This document shows positions 13,478 to 22,866 of a stretch of 64,000 bases of DNA, in pieces. The stretch covers positions 5,485 through 69,484 of the forward strand of contig CAZADD010000002.1 of assembly GCA_964483825.1 (NCBI GenBank). Reading direction: 5' to 3'. The notes beneath the pieces were generated by a model. The model had not been told where the DNA came from and did no database searches. It worked only from the letters and a program-made list of their open reading frames with translations. How positions within the stretch are numbered: position 1 is the first letter of the stretch; the number at the start of each line of letters is the position of its first letter. This stretch comes from an uncultured Oscillospiraceae bacterium. Lineage in GTDB: Bacteria; Bacillota; Clostridia; Christensenellales; CAG-314. The position numbers were made by a program, and so were the translations under genes.

Positions 13478-14656
13478 ATGTTGAAATTGCAAGGTAAAAA
13501 CGTTGTGCTGGGCATCAGCGGTGGCATCGCCGTCTACAAGGTGTGCCAGGTTGTGCGCAGTTTGAAAAATTTCGGGGCAAACGTGGACGTTATTATGACG
13601 AAAAATGCCACGGAATTTGTCACGCCTTTGACTTTTGAAACACTTTCTAATCGCCCCGTCGTGACGGATATGTTCGGCGAAAAAGCGCATTGGGAAGTGG
13701 AACACGTTTCGCTTGCAAAAAAAGCAGATTTATTTTTGATTTGCCCTGCAACGGCAAATATTATTGGAAAAATGGCTAACGGCATTGCCGACGACATGCT
13801 GTCAACAACTGTCATGGCAACTACTGCGCCTGTGGTGGTTTGCCCGGCAATGAACGTGAATATGTACCATAGTGCTGCGTTTAACGAAAATTTGAACGTT
13901 TTGAAACAGCGTGGTGTTCATGTCGTGAATGCCGGCAGTGGCTTTTTGGCATGCGGCGACGTGGGAGACGGCAGAATGGCTGAACCGTCTGAAATTGTGG
14001 AAAAATGCGTAGAATTGCTTTGCCCAAAATTTGATTTGGACGGCAAAAAAATTCTTGTAACGTGCGGTGCAACGTTGGAAAAATTGGATGACGTTCGCTT
14101 TATATCCAACTTTTCTAGCGGTAAAATGGGCGCGGCTGTCGTTGATGCGGCAATTAAGCGTGGTGCCGAAGTTACCGTAATTTTGGCTCGACACACAGTC
14201 GAAATCAACCCGTTGGCACAAGTTGTTAATGTGCAAACAACGCAAGAAATGTTTGATGCAACATTGCAGCGTGCGGATAAGTTCGATGCGTTTGTTATGG
14301 CGGCTGCTCCGTGCGACTACAAACCCAAAACTTTTTCAACGGAAAAAATCAAAACGGACAAACTTTGTTTGGAGTTTGAAAAAAATCCTGATATTGCAAA
14401 GGCTGTGGGCGAAATTAAGGGCGACAAGTTCTTGTGTGTGTTTTCCGCTGAAACTAGCGGTGATGTTAACGTTGCCAAGGACAAAATGCTGGCCAAGCAC
14501 GCCGATTTGGCTGTTTTGAACGATGTCAAGCACAATTCCGTTTTTGGCAGTGACACAAACGTTGTCACATTGATAGACAGTTGCAGTGCCGAAACTTTCC
14601 CTGAATTGTCCAAAATTGCAGTTGCCGATTTGATTTTGGATAGGTTAGTTAAATGA
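13478..14656 (+). CDS. coaBC: Bifunctional phosphopantothenoylcysteine decarboxylase / phosphopantothenate-cysteine ligase
   Basis: 'GISGGIAVYK' flavoprotein N-domain, 'PAMN..M', and C-domain 'ISNFSSGKMG'. Confidence 0.95.
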   Translation: MLKLQGKNVVLGISGGIAVYKVCQVVRSLKNFGANVDVIMTKNATEFVTPLTFETLSNRPVVTDMFGEKAHWEVEHVSLAKKADLFLICPATANIIGKMANGIADDMLSTTVMATTAPVVVCPAMNVNMYHSAAFNENLNVLKQRGVHVVNAGSGFLACGDVGDGRMAEPSEIVEKCVELLCPKFDLDGKKILVTCGATLEKLDDVRFISNFSSGKMGAAVVDAAIKRGAEVTVILARHTVEINPLAQVVNVQTTQEMFDATLQRADKFDAFVMAAAPCDYKPKTFSTEKIKTDKLCLEFEKNPDIAKAVGEIKGDKFLCVFSAETSGDVNVAKDKMLAKHADLAVLNDVKHNSVFGSDTNVVTLIDSCSAETFPELSKIAVADLILDRLVK

Positions 14657-16851
14657 TTTATTCTGTTATTGTAGACGTTGCTGCCAACGAAGTGGACAGA
14701 GTTTTTCACTATAAGGGCGAAAACGTTCCTATCGGTAGCCGCGTTTTGGTGAATTTTGCCAATAGAAACGTGGAAGGGTTCGTTATCGGACAAGCTGAAA
14801 CCTCCGATGTTCCGTCGGACAAACTGAAGAATATTATCAAACAGTTGGATGATTTTCCTGCTGTTTCCGAAGAACTGTTGCGGTTAGGTCAGTTTATGCG
14901 CAAGGAGTACAATCTTCGTTGGGCAGATGTCCTTCGGCTTTTTATTCCTGCCGAAATGCGTGGTAACCGCGTTAAAACTCTTTCAAAAAAAGTTGCGCAA
15001 CTTGCTGTTGGTGCGACTTTGCAAAACATATTGGATTCACTGAAGCCCAACGCTGTCAAGCAGCGGGATTTGGTGATATTTTTATACGAAAACGGTGCAA
15101 CTTTTTGCGAAAAACTCAATGCGCAGTTTGGTAACGGTGCGCTGAAAGCACTTGTTGATAAAAATTTTGTTGACGTGTTCGAAATGGCGGTGCATCGCAC
15201 GCCCTACAAGGGGCTTAATTTGCAAAATACCGTTCGGCATCAACTTACCGAAATGCAACAAAATGCCGTTGAAACGATTTTATCACAAAAAGGCGGAAGA
15301 TTTTTGTTGCATGGTGTTACGGGTTCGGGCAAAACGGAAGTTTATCTCACCGTGATTGAAAAAATAGTGGCGGAAGGAAAAACTGCAATTATGTTGGTGC
15401 CGGAAATATCTTTAACTCCCAACATGTTGCGCCGTTTGCGTGAACGTTTCGGTAACACCGTTGCGCTTTTGCACAGTGGGCTTTCCGTGGGGGAACGCTA
15501 CGACGAATGGTTGCGTTTGAAAACAGGAGAAGCGAAAATTGCCGTCGGTGCAAGAAGTGCCGTTTTTGCTCCGCTGGAAAATATCGGCGCAATAATTATG
15601 GATGAAGAACACGATGCAAGTTATGTTTCCGACTTTAATCCTCGCTACGACACGGTAGCCGTTGCCAAGTTCCGTGCCGAACAAAACGGTGCGGCGCTTG
15701 TTTTGGGCAGCGCAACCCCAAGTTTGGTTAGTTTTCACGAGGCGCAAACGGGACAATTGCAGTTGATTTCCATGCCCGAGCGTATCAACAAGCGGCCGTT
15801 GCCGCAAGTTGAAATTGTCAACATGTCAAAGGAATCAGCCGCAGGCCACAAAGGCGTGTTTTCAAGACTGCTGTTGATGCGACTGACTGAAACGCTCAAA
15901 AACGGCAATCAAGCAATGATTTTTCTCAACCGCAGAGGTTATTCGTCATTTTTGATGTGCACGAAGTGCGGTTACGTTGCCAAATGTTCCGATTGTGACG
16001 TTAGTTTGACCGTTCATCGTGAGGACGGTATGTTGAAATGTCACTACTGTGGCAAAAAGTACTACATGCTCACCAAGTGTCCGAATTGTCGCGAGGAAAG
16101 TTTTCGTCAAGGGCGTGTTGGAACGCAACAAATAGTGCAGTTGCTACAGCAAGGTTTTCCCGATGCAAAAATTTTGCGTATGGATGCCGATACAACACGA
16201 ACCAAGGAAAGTCACGCTCAAATTTTGGATGCATTTGCTCGCGAAGAAGCACAAATTTTGGTTGGAACGCAAATGATTGCCAAGGGGCACGATTTTCCTA
16301 AAGTTACGCTTGTTGGAATTTTGGATGGCGATCAGGCATTGCACCGAGACGATTTCTTGGCGTGTGAAAGAACGTTCCAGTTGCTAACCCAAGTGGCCGG
16401 TCGAAGCGGTCGAAGTGTGGACGACGGCAAGGTTGTGCTGCAAACTTACACTCCCGAACATTATTGTTTGGCGTTTGCCGCAAAGCAAGATTATTTGGGC
16501 TTTTATCGCAAGGAAATTGCTGTTCGTGAAACCGCAGGTTTTCCGCCGTTTACGGAAATTGTCCGCATTTTGTATCAAGGTGAGGACGAAAAGAATTGCA
16601 TTGACATGTTGACGGAACAATTTGCAAAAATAGCCAACTTGCGTAAATACAGACCGGAATCGTTTTTGTATTTAGATAAAATGCGTTGTCCGCTAAAACG
16701 TGCGGAAAAGAAATTCCGTTTCCAAATTTTGATGAAATTGTCAAAGAATTGCTTGGACGAAACTTTGCAATCTATTTACGAAATTTGTAATGAAAAAACA
16801 AAAGGATCAGTTTCTGTTTTTGCAGAACGCAATCCTCAAAATTTATCTTAA
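14653..16851 (+). CDS. priA: Primosomal protein N' (replication restart helicase)
   Basis: The ATG overlaps the coaBC stop. 'GVTGSGKTEVY', 'DEEHD', Cys-rich Zn insertion 'CTKCGY..KCSDC...CHYCG....CPNC'. Confidence 0.95.
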   Translation: MIYSVIVDVAANEVDRVFHYKGENVPIGSRVLVNFANRNVEGFVIGQAETSDVPSDKLKNIIKQLDDFPAVSEELLRLGQFMRKEYNLRWADVLRLFIPAEMRGNRVKTLSKKVAQLAVGATLQNILDSLKPNAVKQRDLVIFLYENGATFCEKLNAQFGNGALKALVDKNFVDVFEMAVHRTPYKGLNLQNTVRHQLTEMQQNAVETILSQKGGRFLLHGVTGSGKTEVYLTVIEKIVAEGKTAIMLVPEISLTPNMLRRLRERFGNTVALLHSGLSVGERYDEWLRLKTGEAKIAVGARSAVFAPLENIGAIIMDEEHDASYVSDFNPRYDTVAVAKFRAEQNGAALVLGSATPSLVSFHEAQTGQLQLISMPERINKRPLPQVEIVNMSKESAAGHKGVFSRLLLMRLTETLKNGNQAMIFLNRRGYSSFLMCTKCGYVAKCSDCDVSLTVHREDGMLKCHYCGKKYYMLTKCPNCREESFRQGRVGTQQIVQLLQQGFPDAKILRMDADTTRTKESHAQILDAFAREEAQILVGTQMIAKGHDFPKVTLVGILDGDQALHRDDFLACERTFQLLTQVAGRSGRSVDDGKVVLQTYTPEHYCLAFAAKQDYLGFYRKEIAVRETAGFPPFTEIVRILYQGEDEKNCIDMLTEQFAKIANLRKYRPESFLYLDKMRCPLKRAEKKFRFQILMKLSKNCLDETLQSIYEICNEKTKGSVSVFAERNPQNLS

Positions 16852-16861
16852 CAGGTGAAAA

Positions 16862-17314
16862 ATGGCAAGAAGAAATATTGTAAAAATGGGCGATCCGCTG
16901 CTCAGAAAAATTTCCAAAAAGGTGGAAGTGTATGACGCTCGACTGCATCAATTGTTGGATGACATGATTGAAACGTTACACTATGCCGAAGGGCTGGGAT
17001 TGGCCGCTCCGCAAGTGGGAGTGTTGAAACGCGTTTGTATTGTGGAATACGACGACGTATTGTACGAATTGGTTAATCCTGTTTTGGTGCATTCCGAAGG
17101 AAAATGCGTGGATAACGAAGGTTGTTTGTCGGTGGTGGGTTTTCGCGGATTAGTCGAACGCCCCGAAAAAATCGATATAACTTATTTCGATAGATACGGT
17201 GCGGAACATGCGCTGCATGCTGAAGGATATTTTGCGCGCGTATTTTTGCACGAAATGGACCATTTGGACGGTATACTGTTCGCCGACAAAATGAAGAAAA
17301 AATTACCCGACTAG
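16862..17314 (+). CDS. def: Peptide deformylase
   Basis: Motifs 'GLAAPQVG', 'EGCLS', 'HEMDHL'. Confidence 0.95.
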   Translation: MARRNIVKMGDPLLRKISKKVEVYDARLHQLLDDMIETLHYAEGLGLAAPQVGVLKRVCIVEYDDVLYELVNPVLVHSEGKCVDNEGCLSVVGFRGLVERPEKIDITYFDRYGAEHALHAEGYFARVFLHEMDHLDGILFADKMKKKLPD

Positions 17315-17341
17315 GAGTTTCCTTGTCTCAAAGGAGGTAAA

Positions 17342-18268
17342 ATGAAAGTAATTTTTCTGGGCACGCCTGATTTTGGCATTTGTGCCCTTCAAAAAATAAT
17401 GGAAAATCATCAACTTTTGGCATGCGTTTGTCAACCTGACAAGATTGGCGCGCGTGGGAAAGTTGAATTTTGTGCTGTCAAAAAGTTTGCGTTGGCACAC
17501 GGTATTCCGCTTTATCAATTTGAAAAAATATCCCGTGACGGCGTAGAAACGCTAAGATCCCTTGCCCCGGATATCATGGTTACGGCCGCTTACGGTCAAA
17601 TACTTTCGCAAGAAGTGATTGATGTTGCGCCGCACGGTATCATAAACATTCACGGCTCGCTGTTGCCCAAGTTGCGCGGTGCGTCTCCCATACAATCGGC
17701 ACTTTTGCAAGGCTTCACGGAAACGGGCGTTACTATTTTGCAAACAGTGAAGGCAGTTGATGCCGGTGACATGATCGTAAAAAAATCGTTGCAAATTGCG
17801 CCATATGAAAATTGCGGTGAGCTTTTTGAGAGGCTGTCGGTGTTGGGTGCCGAAGCTATTTGCGAAGCATTGCAACAAATTGAAAACGGAACAGCGACGT
17901 TTGTTCCGCAAAACGAAGAAGAAGCCACGTTCACCAAAAAGATTTCCGCCGAACAGGAAAAAATTGATTGGTCACGGTCGGCGAACGAAATTATAAACCT
18001 TGTTCGAGCACTTTCTCCTAATGTTGGCGCTCACACAACTTGGAATGGAAATATATTAAAAATCTTCGATTTGCTTTTGTGTGAAAATTCGTATTATGGT
18101 GTTCCGGGTGAAGTGGTGGAATGTGGCAAAAAGTTTTTGGCAATTATTTGCGGCGACGGCAAGGCTGTTTCCGTGCGTAGGTTGCAGTTGCAAGGTGCAA
18201 AGTGTATGGATATCGTCAGTTTTTTGTGCGGCAAACGCATTGCAGTTGGCACGGTATTGGGTGAGTGA
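17342..18268 (+). CDS. fmt: Methionyl-tRNA formyltransferase
   Basis: 'IFLGTPDF' and 'NIHGSLLPKLRGASPIQ'. Follows def. Confidence 0.95.
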   Translation: MKVIFLGTPDFGICALQKIMENHQLLACVCQPDKIGARGKVEFCAVKKFALAHGIPLYQFEKISRDGVETLRSLAPDIMVTAAYGQILSQEVIDVAPHGIINIHGSLLPKLRGASPIQSALLQGFTETGVTILQTVKAVDAGDMIVKKSLQIAPYENCGELFERLSVLGAEAICEALQQIENGTATFVPQNEEEATFTKKISAEQEKIDWSRSANEIINLVRALSPNVGAHTTWNGNILKIFDLLLCENSYYGVPGEVVECGKKFLAIICGDGKAVSVRRLQLQGAKCMDIVSFLCGKRIAVGTVLGE

Positions 18269-19515
18269 TGAACAACGCTTTTTTGAAGAGTTTTCAAACG
18301 CTGCAATCGGTGTACTGTGACAAAGCTTTTTCCTCTATTGCGTTGAACAAAACTTTGGCGGTGTGCAAGTCTCAAGATAAAGCGTTGATAACAAAAATCG
18401 TCTACGGCGTTTTGGATGAAGATTTGAAATTGACGTACGTTTTGTCTCATTTTGTCAAGAAAATGCCAAAAGGCGACGTGCTTATCATCTTGAAAATGGG
18501 TTGCTATTGCTTGCTGAATCTATCCATTCCCAAGTATGCCGTTGTTAACGACCTTGCCGAACTGGCAAAGATTACCGAAGATCGCCGTCAAGTTGGTTTT
18601 GTTAATGCCACGCTCAAGCGCATTGCTGAAAGCAATTTTGATGCTTGGCCGGAAGACGACGTTCAGCGTTGTTCGGTGCAAAATTCCTACCCCGAATGGG
18701 CGCTGAAAAAGCTGATAAAAGACTACGGCAAAGACGAAGCTTTTCGTATTGTTTCTTGTCCGATGGACGAAAAAACTGCGGTACGTATATCAAAAAATAC
18801 GACATTTAACTTGTTTGAGTGTTACGAAAAAACTTGTTTTGACGATGCGATTTTGGTTAGCGGCAAATTGCCGCCCCTTTCGGAAAATTTCACAACTCAA
18901 AGTTTGTCTTCAATGGCAATTTCCAGAGCCGTTGCAAATGGTGCAAACGGTGCCGTGTTGGATTGCTGTTCTGCACCCGGAGGCAAGGCTGTTTACGTCA
19001 AGCAACTTCGTCCCGAACTTAAAGTTGTCGCTTGCGATATTCATGAGCACCGTGTGGAACTGATAAAATCCTATGCCGACCGCATGAAGGTGCAACTGGA
19101 AACGCATTGTTTGGATATGACACAACCTGTTGAGGCGTGGTTTGACGCATTTGATACAGTTTTGTGCGACGTGCCGTGCAGTGGCTTTGGCGTACTTAAC
19201 AATCGCCCGGATATCAAGCTGTTCCGTGAAAGCGCAGATATTTCCGAATTGATGAAACTTCAGCAAAAAATTGTGTGGAATTGCGCTAAATACGTCGCAG
19301 TTGGCGGTAGATTGGTTTATTCCACCTGTACCGTTTTTGATAACGAAAACGGACAAAATATTCGCAAATTTTTGCGTGAGCACGAAAACTTCAGTTTGGG
19401 TAAAATAAGTGTTCCCGAACTTCCACAAACCTTTGATAAGGGTTGCTATCAATTTTTGCCGCACAAAGACGGCATGCAAGGTTTTTATCTTGCTGTTTTA
19501 CAAAGAAATTACTGA
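18268..19515 (+). CDS. rsmB: 16S rRNA (cytosine967-C5)-methyltransferase
   Basis: NusB-like N-domain plus SAM motifs 'DCCSAPGGK' and 'DVPCSGFG'. ATG 18268 overlaps the fmt TGA. GTG 18265 is an alternative start. Confidence 0.85.
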   Translation: MNNAFLKSFQTLQSVYCDKAFSSIALNKTLAVCKSQDKALITKIVYGVLDEDLKLTYVLSHFVKKMPKGDVLIILKMGCYCLLNLSIPKYAVVNDLAELAKITEDRRQVGFVNATLKRIAESNFDAWPEDDVQRCSVQNSYPEWALKKLIKDYGKDEAFRIVSCPMDEKTAVRISKNTTFNLFECYEKTCFDDAILVSGKLPPLSENFTTQSLSSMAISRAVANGANGAVLDCCSAPGGKAVYVKQLRPELKVVACDIHEHRVELIKSYADRMKVQLETHCLDMTQPVEAWFDAFDTVLCDVPCSGFGVLNNRPDIKLFRESADISELMKLQQKIVWNCAKYVAVGGRLVYSTCTVFDNENGQNIRKFLREHENFSLGKISVPELPQTFDKGCYQFLPHKDGMQGFYLAVLQRNY

Positions 19516-19517
19516 AA

Positions 19518-20564
19518 ATGACAACTATTTTGAACGACTTCACATTGGAAGAATTGACGCAATTCGTCACCGAAAATTTTTCGGTGCGTCCTTTTGTTGC
19601 GTCTCAACTGCATTCTTGGCTTACGAAAGGCGCCGATTTTGACCAAATGACGAATATTTCAAAGTCATTTCGTCAGCAGTTGATGGATTTTGGGTGTGTT
19701 GCCGTTTCTGCAAAAATAATAAAAACGCTTACATCCGCCGACGGTACGCAAAAATTCTTGTTTGAACTTTACGACGGCAACGTTGTGGAAGGCGTTTTGA
19801 TGCGTTACAAGTACGGCAATACGCTGTGCGTGTCCAGCCAAGTGGGGTGTCGCATGGGATGCCGTTTTTGCGCAAGCACTCTTGGCGGATTGGTGCGCAA
19901 TTTGTCCGCAGGTGAAATTTTGGGAGAAGTTCTCAGCGTAAACGCTTTGGGAACGGATAATCAACGTTACGTCACGAACGTTGTGATGATGGGTAGTGGT
20001 GAACCGCTGGATAACTTTGAAAACGTCACCAAATTTTTGAAGTTGTTGTCCGATCCTCGCGGTCTTAACGTTTCTGAACGTAACGTGTCGCTATCTACAT
20101 GTGGCATTGTTCCCAAAATGCAACAACTTGCGGATATGGGCTTTTCCGTCAATTTGACGCTAAGTTTGCACAACCCCGATAACGAGCAACGCAAGGAAAT
20201 AATGCCTATTACAAATGCGTACTCTGTTTCCGATGCCGTTGCCGCTTGTCGCTATTATTTTGAAAAGACCGGGCGCAGGGTTATTATCGAATATACTCTT
20301 ATCGACGGTCAAAACGATTCGTACGCACATGCGCTGAAACTGTCGTCATTACTTCGTGGCATGTCTGTGCACGTCAACGTGATAGCGTTGAATCCCGTCA
20401 AGGAAACCGGGCTCAGCGGCACAAGTGAAAAGAATTTGAAAAAGTTTTTGGGATATTTGGAAAAACTGGGTATTTCCGCAACACGCCGCAGAACGATGGG
20501 GCAAGATATCGAAGGTGCTTGCGGGCAACTTCGCCGTCGCTATTTGGAGGAAGCCGATGAGTAA
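19518..20564 (+). CDS. rlmN: 23S rRNA/tRNA (adenine-C2)-methyltransferase, radical SAM
   Basis: 'CVSSQVGCRMGCRFCAS' radical-SAM cluster motif. ATG 19518 lies just after the rsmB stop (the ORF-track frame opens further upstream). Confidence 0.95.
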   Translation: MTTILNDFTLEELTQFVTENFSVRPFVASQLHSWLTKGADFDQMTNISKSFRQQLMDFGCVAVSAKIIKTLTSADGTQKFLFELYDGNVVEGVLMRYKYGNTLCVSSQVGCRMGCRFCASTLGGLVRNLSAGEILGEVLSVNALGTDNQRYVTNVVMMGSGEPLDNFENVTKFLKLLSDPRGLNVSERNVSLSTCGIVPKMQQLADMGFSVNLTLSLHNPDNEQRKEIMPITNAYSVSDAVAACRYYFEKTGRRVIIEYTLIDGQNDSYAHALKLSSLLRGMSVHVNVIALNPVKETGLSGTSEKNLKKFLGYLEKLGISATRRRTMGQDIEGACGQLRRRYLEEADE

Positions 20565-21432
20565 CAGCAGTCTTAACGGTGTAGTAACGAAAGCTGTCGG
20601 TGGTGTGTTTACTGTTTGCACTGATAACGCCGTGTTTACGTGTTTTTCGCCAAAAAAATTTCGCTATAACGATTTTGACGTTATTGTGGGCGATAAAGTT
20701 CGTTTTGAGGATTTACACAAGGGAAAAGGCGTTATTTCGGAAATTTTGCCCAGAAAGAACAAGTTGCATAGGCCGGAAATTGCTAACGTCGATATTTGCT
20801 TTCTCGTGTTGTGCTCGCAACCCAAGCCGGATTTGTTTTTAGCCGATAAAGTTTTGATAAATTGTTTTCAGCAAAACATTCGGCCAATAATTATTGTGAA
20901 TAAAATGGATGTTGACGACGGCACGGCGGAATTGATAGAAAACAATTATTCGTCTGTGTGTGAGGTTGTAAAGATTTCCGCCAGTTGCGGCGATGTTAGT
21001 TTTTTGGAAGAATATATTAAAGGAAATGTGGTTTGTTTTGCCGGGCAATCGGCCGTTGGAAAAACTTCCATTTTGAATGCGCTGCTGCCTACTGTGCGTG
21101 GTGAAACCGGCGGTTTGTCCGCTAAAACGGGGCGTGGAATGCACACGACTCGACACAGTTCCTTGCACAAATTGCTTGCCGGTTACGTCGTCGATACTTG
21201 CGGTTTTTCGCTGTGCGATTTGGACGGTATACGTTCGGACGAATTGCGTCTTTATTGGGATGACTTCGTCGAAACTGCCGCAAACTGTAAATACACTTCG
21301 TGTACGCACGTTGCCGAACCCGATTGCGCCGTGAAAGCTGCCGTTTTGGATGGCAAGCTTCCCAAAGAGCGCTATGAACGCTATTTGGAAGAAATGAAAG
21401 AACTAGTTGAAGCGGAAAAAAACAAGTATTGA
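20557..21432 (+). CDS. rsgA: Ribosome small-subunit biogenesis GTPase
   Basis: OB-fold N-terminus, circularly permuted GTPase ('NKMD' before 'GQSAVGKTS'), and Zn knuckle 'CKYTSCTH..EPDC'. The ATG overlaps the rlmN 3' end by 8 nt. Confidence 0.9.
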   Translation: MSNSSLNGVVTKAVGGVFTVCTDNAVFTCFSPKKFRYNDFDVIVGDKVRFEDLHKGKGVISEILPRKNKLHRPEIANVDICFLVLCSQPKPDLFLADKVLINCFQQNIRPIIIVNKMDVDDGTAELIENNYSSVCEVVKISASCGDVSFLEEYIKGNVVCFAGQSAVGKTSILNALLPTVRGETGGLSAKTGRGMHTTRHSSLHKLLAGYVVDTCGFSLCDLDGIRSDELRLYWDDFVETAANCKYTSCTHVAEPDCAVKAAVLDGKLPKERYERYLEEMKELVEAEKNKY

Positions 21433-21451
21433 TTTTTCTGAGGAGATTTGT

Positions 21452-22093
21452 ATGGATAAAATTTTGGTTGCGCCGTCCGTGCTTAACGTGCCGCGTGAAA
21501 ATTTGAACGAACAAAGCAAAATTCTTGAAAAATGCGGTGCCGATTGGATTCATTGTGACGTCATGGATGGCGTTTTCGCCCCAAATACCGCCTTGGAGCT
21601 ATCCGACGTTGACTCTTTGAATAAGAGTGTCAATCTTCCGCTGGACGTGCATTTGATGTGTGAACATCCGCTGGCTGTTATCGAGGATTTTGTTTCCGTT
21701 GGTGCCGACGTTATCACTTTTCACTACGAAGCTGCAGACAGTGTGGCGGAAACAGCCGCACGCATTCGTTCGTTGGGTGTGAAAGTGGGCGTTGCGTTAA
21801 ATCCGGCGACACCGGTAGACGTATTGATTCCGTATGCCGATTGTTTTGATATGGTTTTGGTTATGAGCGTTCAGCCTGGGTTTGGCGGACAGCGTTTCAA
21901 GACGGAAAGTGTTGAAAAAATCCGCCGTGCAAGGGAACTTTTCCCCGAAAAGCTTATTGAAGTTGACGGCGGTATCAATGCCGAAACGGGCAAGGCTGTA
22001 GTGGATGCCGGTGCAAATGTTTTGGTTGCCGGAAGCTATATCGTTTTTGCCGAAAATATTGCTTCGGCCATTGAAAAATTGAAAAATTTGTAA
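21452..22093 (+). CDS. rpe: Ribulose-phosphate 3-epimerase
   Basis: 'HCDVMDG.F.PN', 'DVHLM', 'MSV.PGFGGQ.F', 'VDGGI'. GAGGAG lies upstream of ATG 21452. Confidence 0.95.
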   Translation: MDKILVAPSVLNVPRENLNEQSKILEKCGADWIHCDVMDGVFAPNTALELSDVDSLNKSVNLPLDVHLMCEHPLAVIEDFVSVGADVITFHYEAADSVAETAARIRSLGVKVGVALNPATPVDVLIPYADCFDMVLVMSVQPGFGGQRFKTESVEKIRRARELFPEKLIEVDGGINAETGKAVVDAGANVLVAGSYIVFAENIASAIEKLKNL

Positions 22094-22145
22094 CGTTTTG
22101 ACTTAACTTGGCATAAAATTTTGTAAAAACAGTGAGGAATTATCG

Positions 22146-22241
22146 GTGAAAAACAAAATTGTATGTTACAAAATGCCTGTGTTCTTGGGAAAAGTGTTGA
22201 AAATGTTGCTTGGAAAATTGGTTATTCAAGGCGGTAAGTAG
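22146..22241 (+). CDS. spoVM: SpoVM-like 31-aa amphipathic peptide (below the ORF-track cutoff)
   Basis: GTG 6 nt after GAGGA. It translates to MKNKIVCYKMPVFLGKVLKMLLGKLVIQGGK. The core K-M-P-V-F-L-G-K-V-L-K-M-L-L-G matches B. subtilis SpoVM K-L-P-K-F-L-G-G-I-V-R-A-M-L-G (recalled from memory). It sits just downstream of rpe, as spoVM does in Bacillus-type synteny. Confidence 0.5.
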   Translation: MKNKIVCYKMPVFLGKVLKMLLGKLVIQGGK

Positions 22242-22866
22242 AGCTTGAACTGACGGCGTTGGTGCGGCTATTTTTGCGGTGAGAATCACGGAATTTGACA
22301 AAATAATCAAGCATAAGCGATAAATATGAAATTGCACGTTGCAAAAAGTTGTGTCGAAAATGGGGTAATGTCGAATGGTTGTAATTTGTGCGTACAGTTT
22401 GGATAGCTGTTGAGGATAACGGTCTCCACTCATACGGTTCCTGCGTGGAATTACATTCGCTTTATTTTCAATCGGTAGGGAAAAGGTTGGTTAAAGCGAG
22501 GCTACCATATAGTTGCATTTTAGGTGGTGCTCTTGCTTCGTGCTATCGAAATTGATTTGACAAAAACAGTTGTACGCTCAAACGTGTTTGTTGTGCTGGC
22601 GGTTGATTTGTTTCGTTTTTGTGCACAATATTTATCGGAATTGCTTTGATGTAATGCGTGTGGCGTGAAAGTGTGCCATTGTGTTGAAGTTTTGCTGGTT
22701 GTATCTGGAATTTTGTTGAGTCGTGTGGCGCATTTTGCTGTTCGACGTTGCCCTAAAAGTAGAATTTTGGGGCTATTTTGTTGCAATACTCAAAATTTCT
22801 AGTCTTGTTTTGTCCGTGCGGCGCAAGTTATTCGTTGCTTCGAATATAATACCTTGGGGCTATTTA

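Noticed and set aside
22140-22786. Two minus-strand ORFs (97 aa and 88 aa) in the rpe-deacetylase spacer
   Set aside because: No SD and no family resemblance. The first is antisense to the SpoVM-like ORF. The composition is typical of non-coding DNA.
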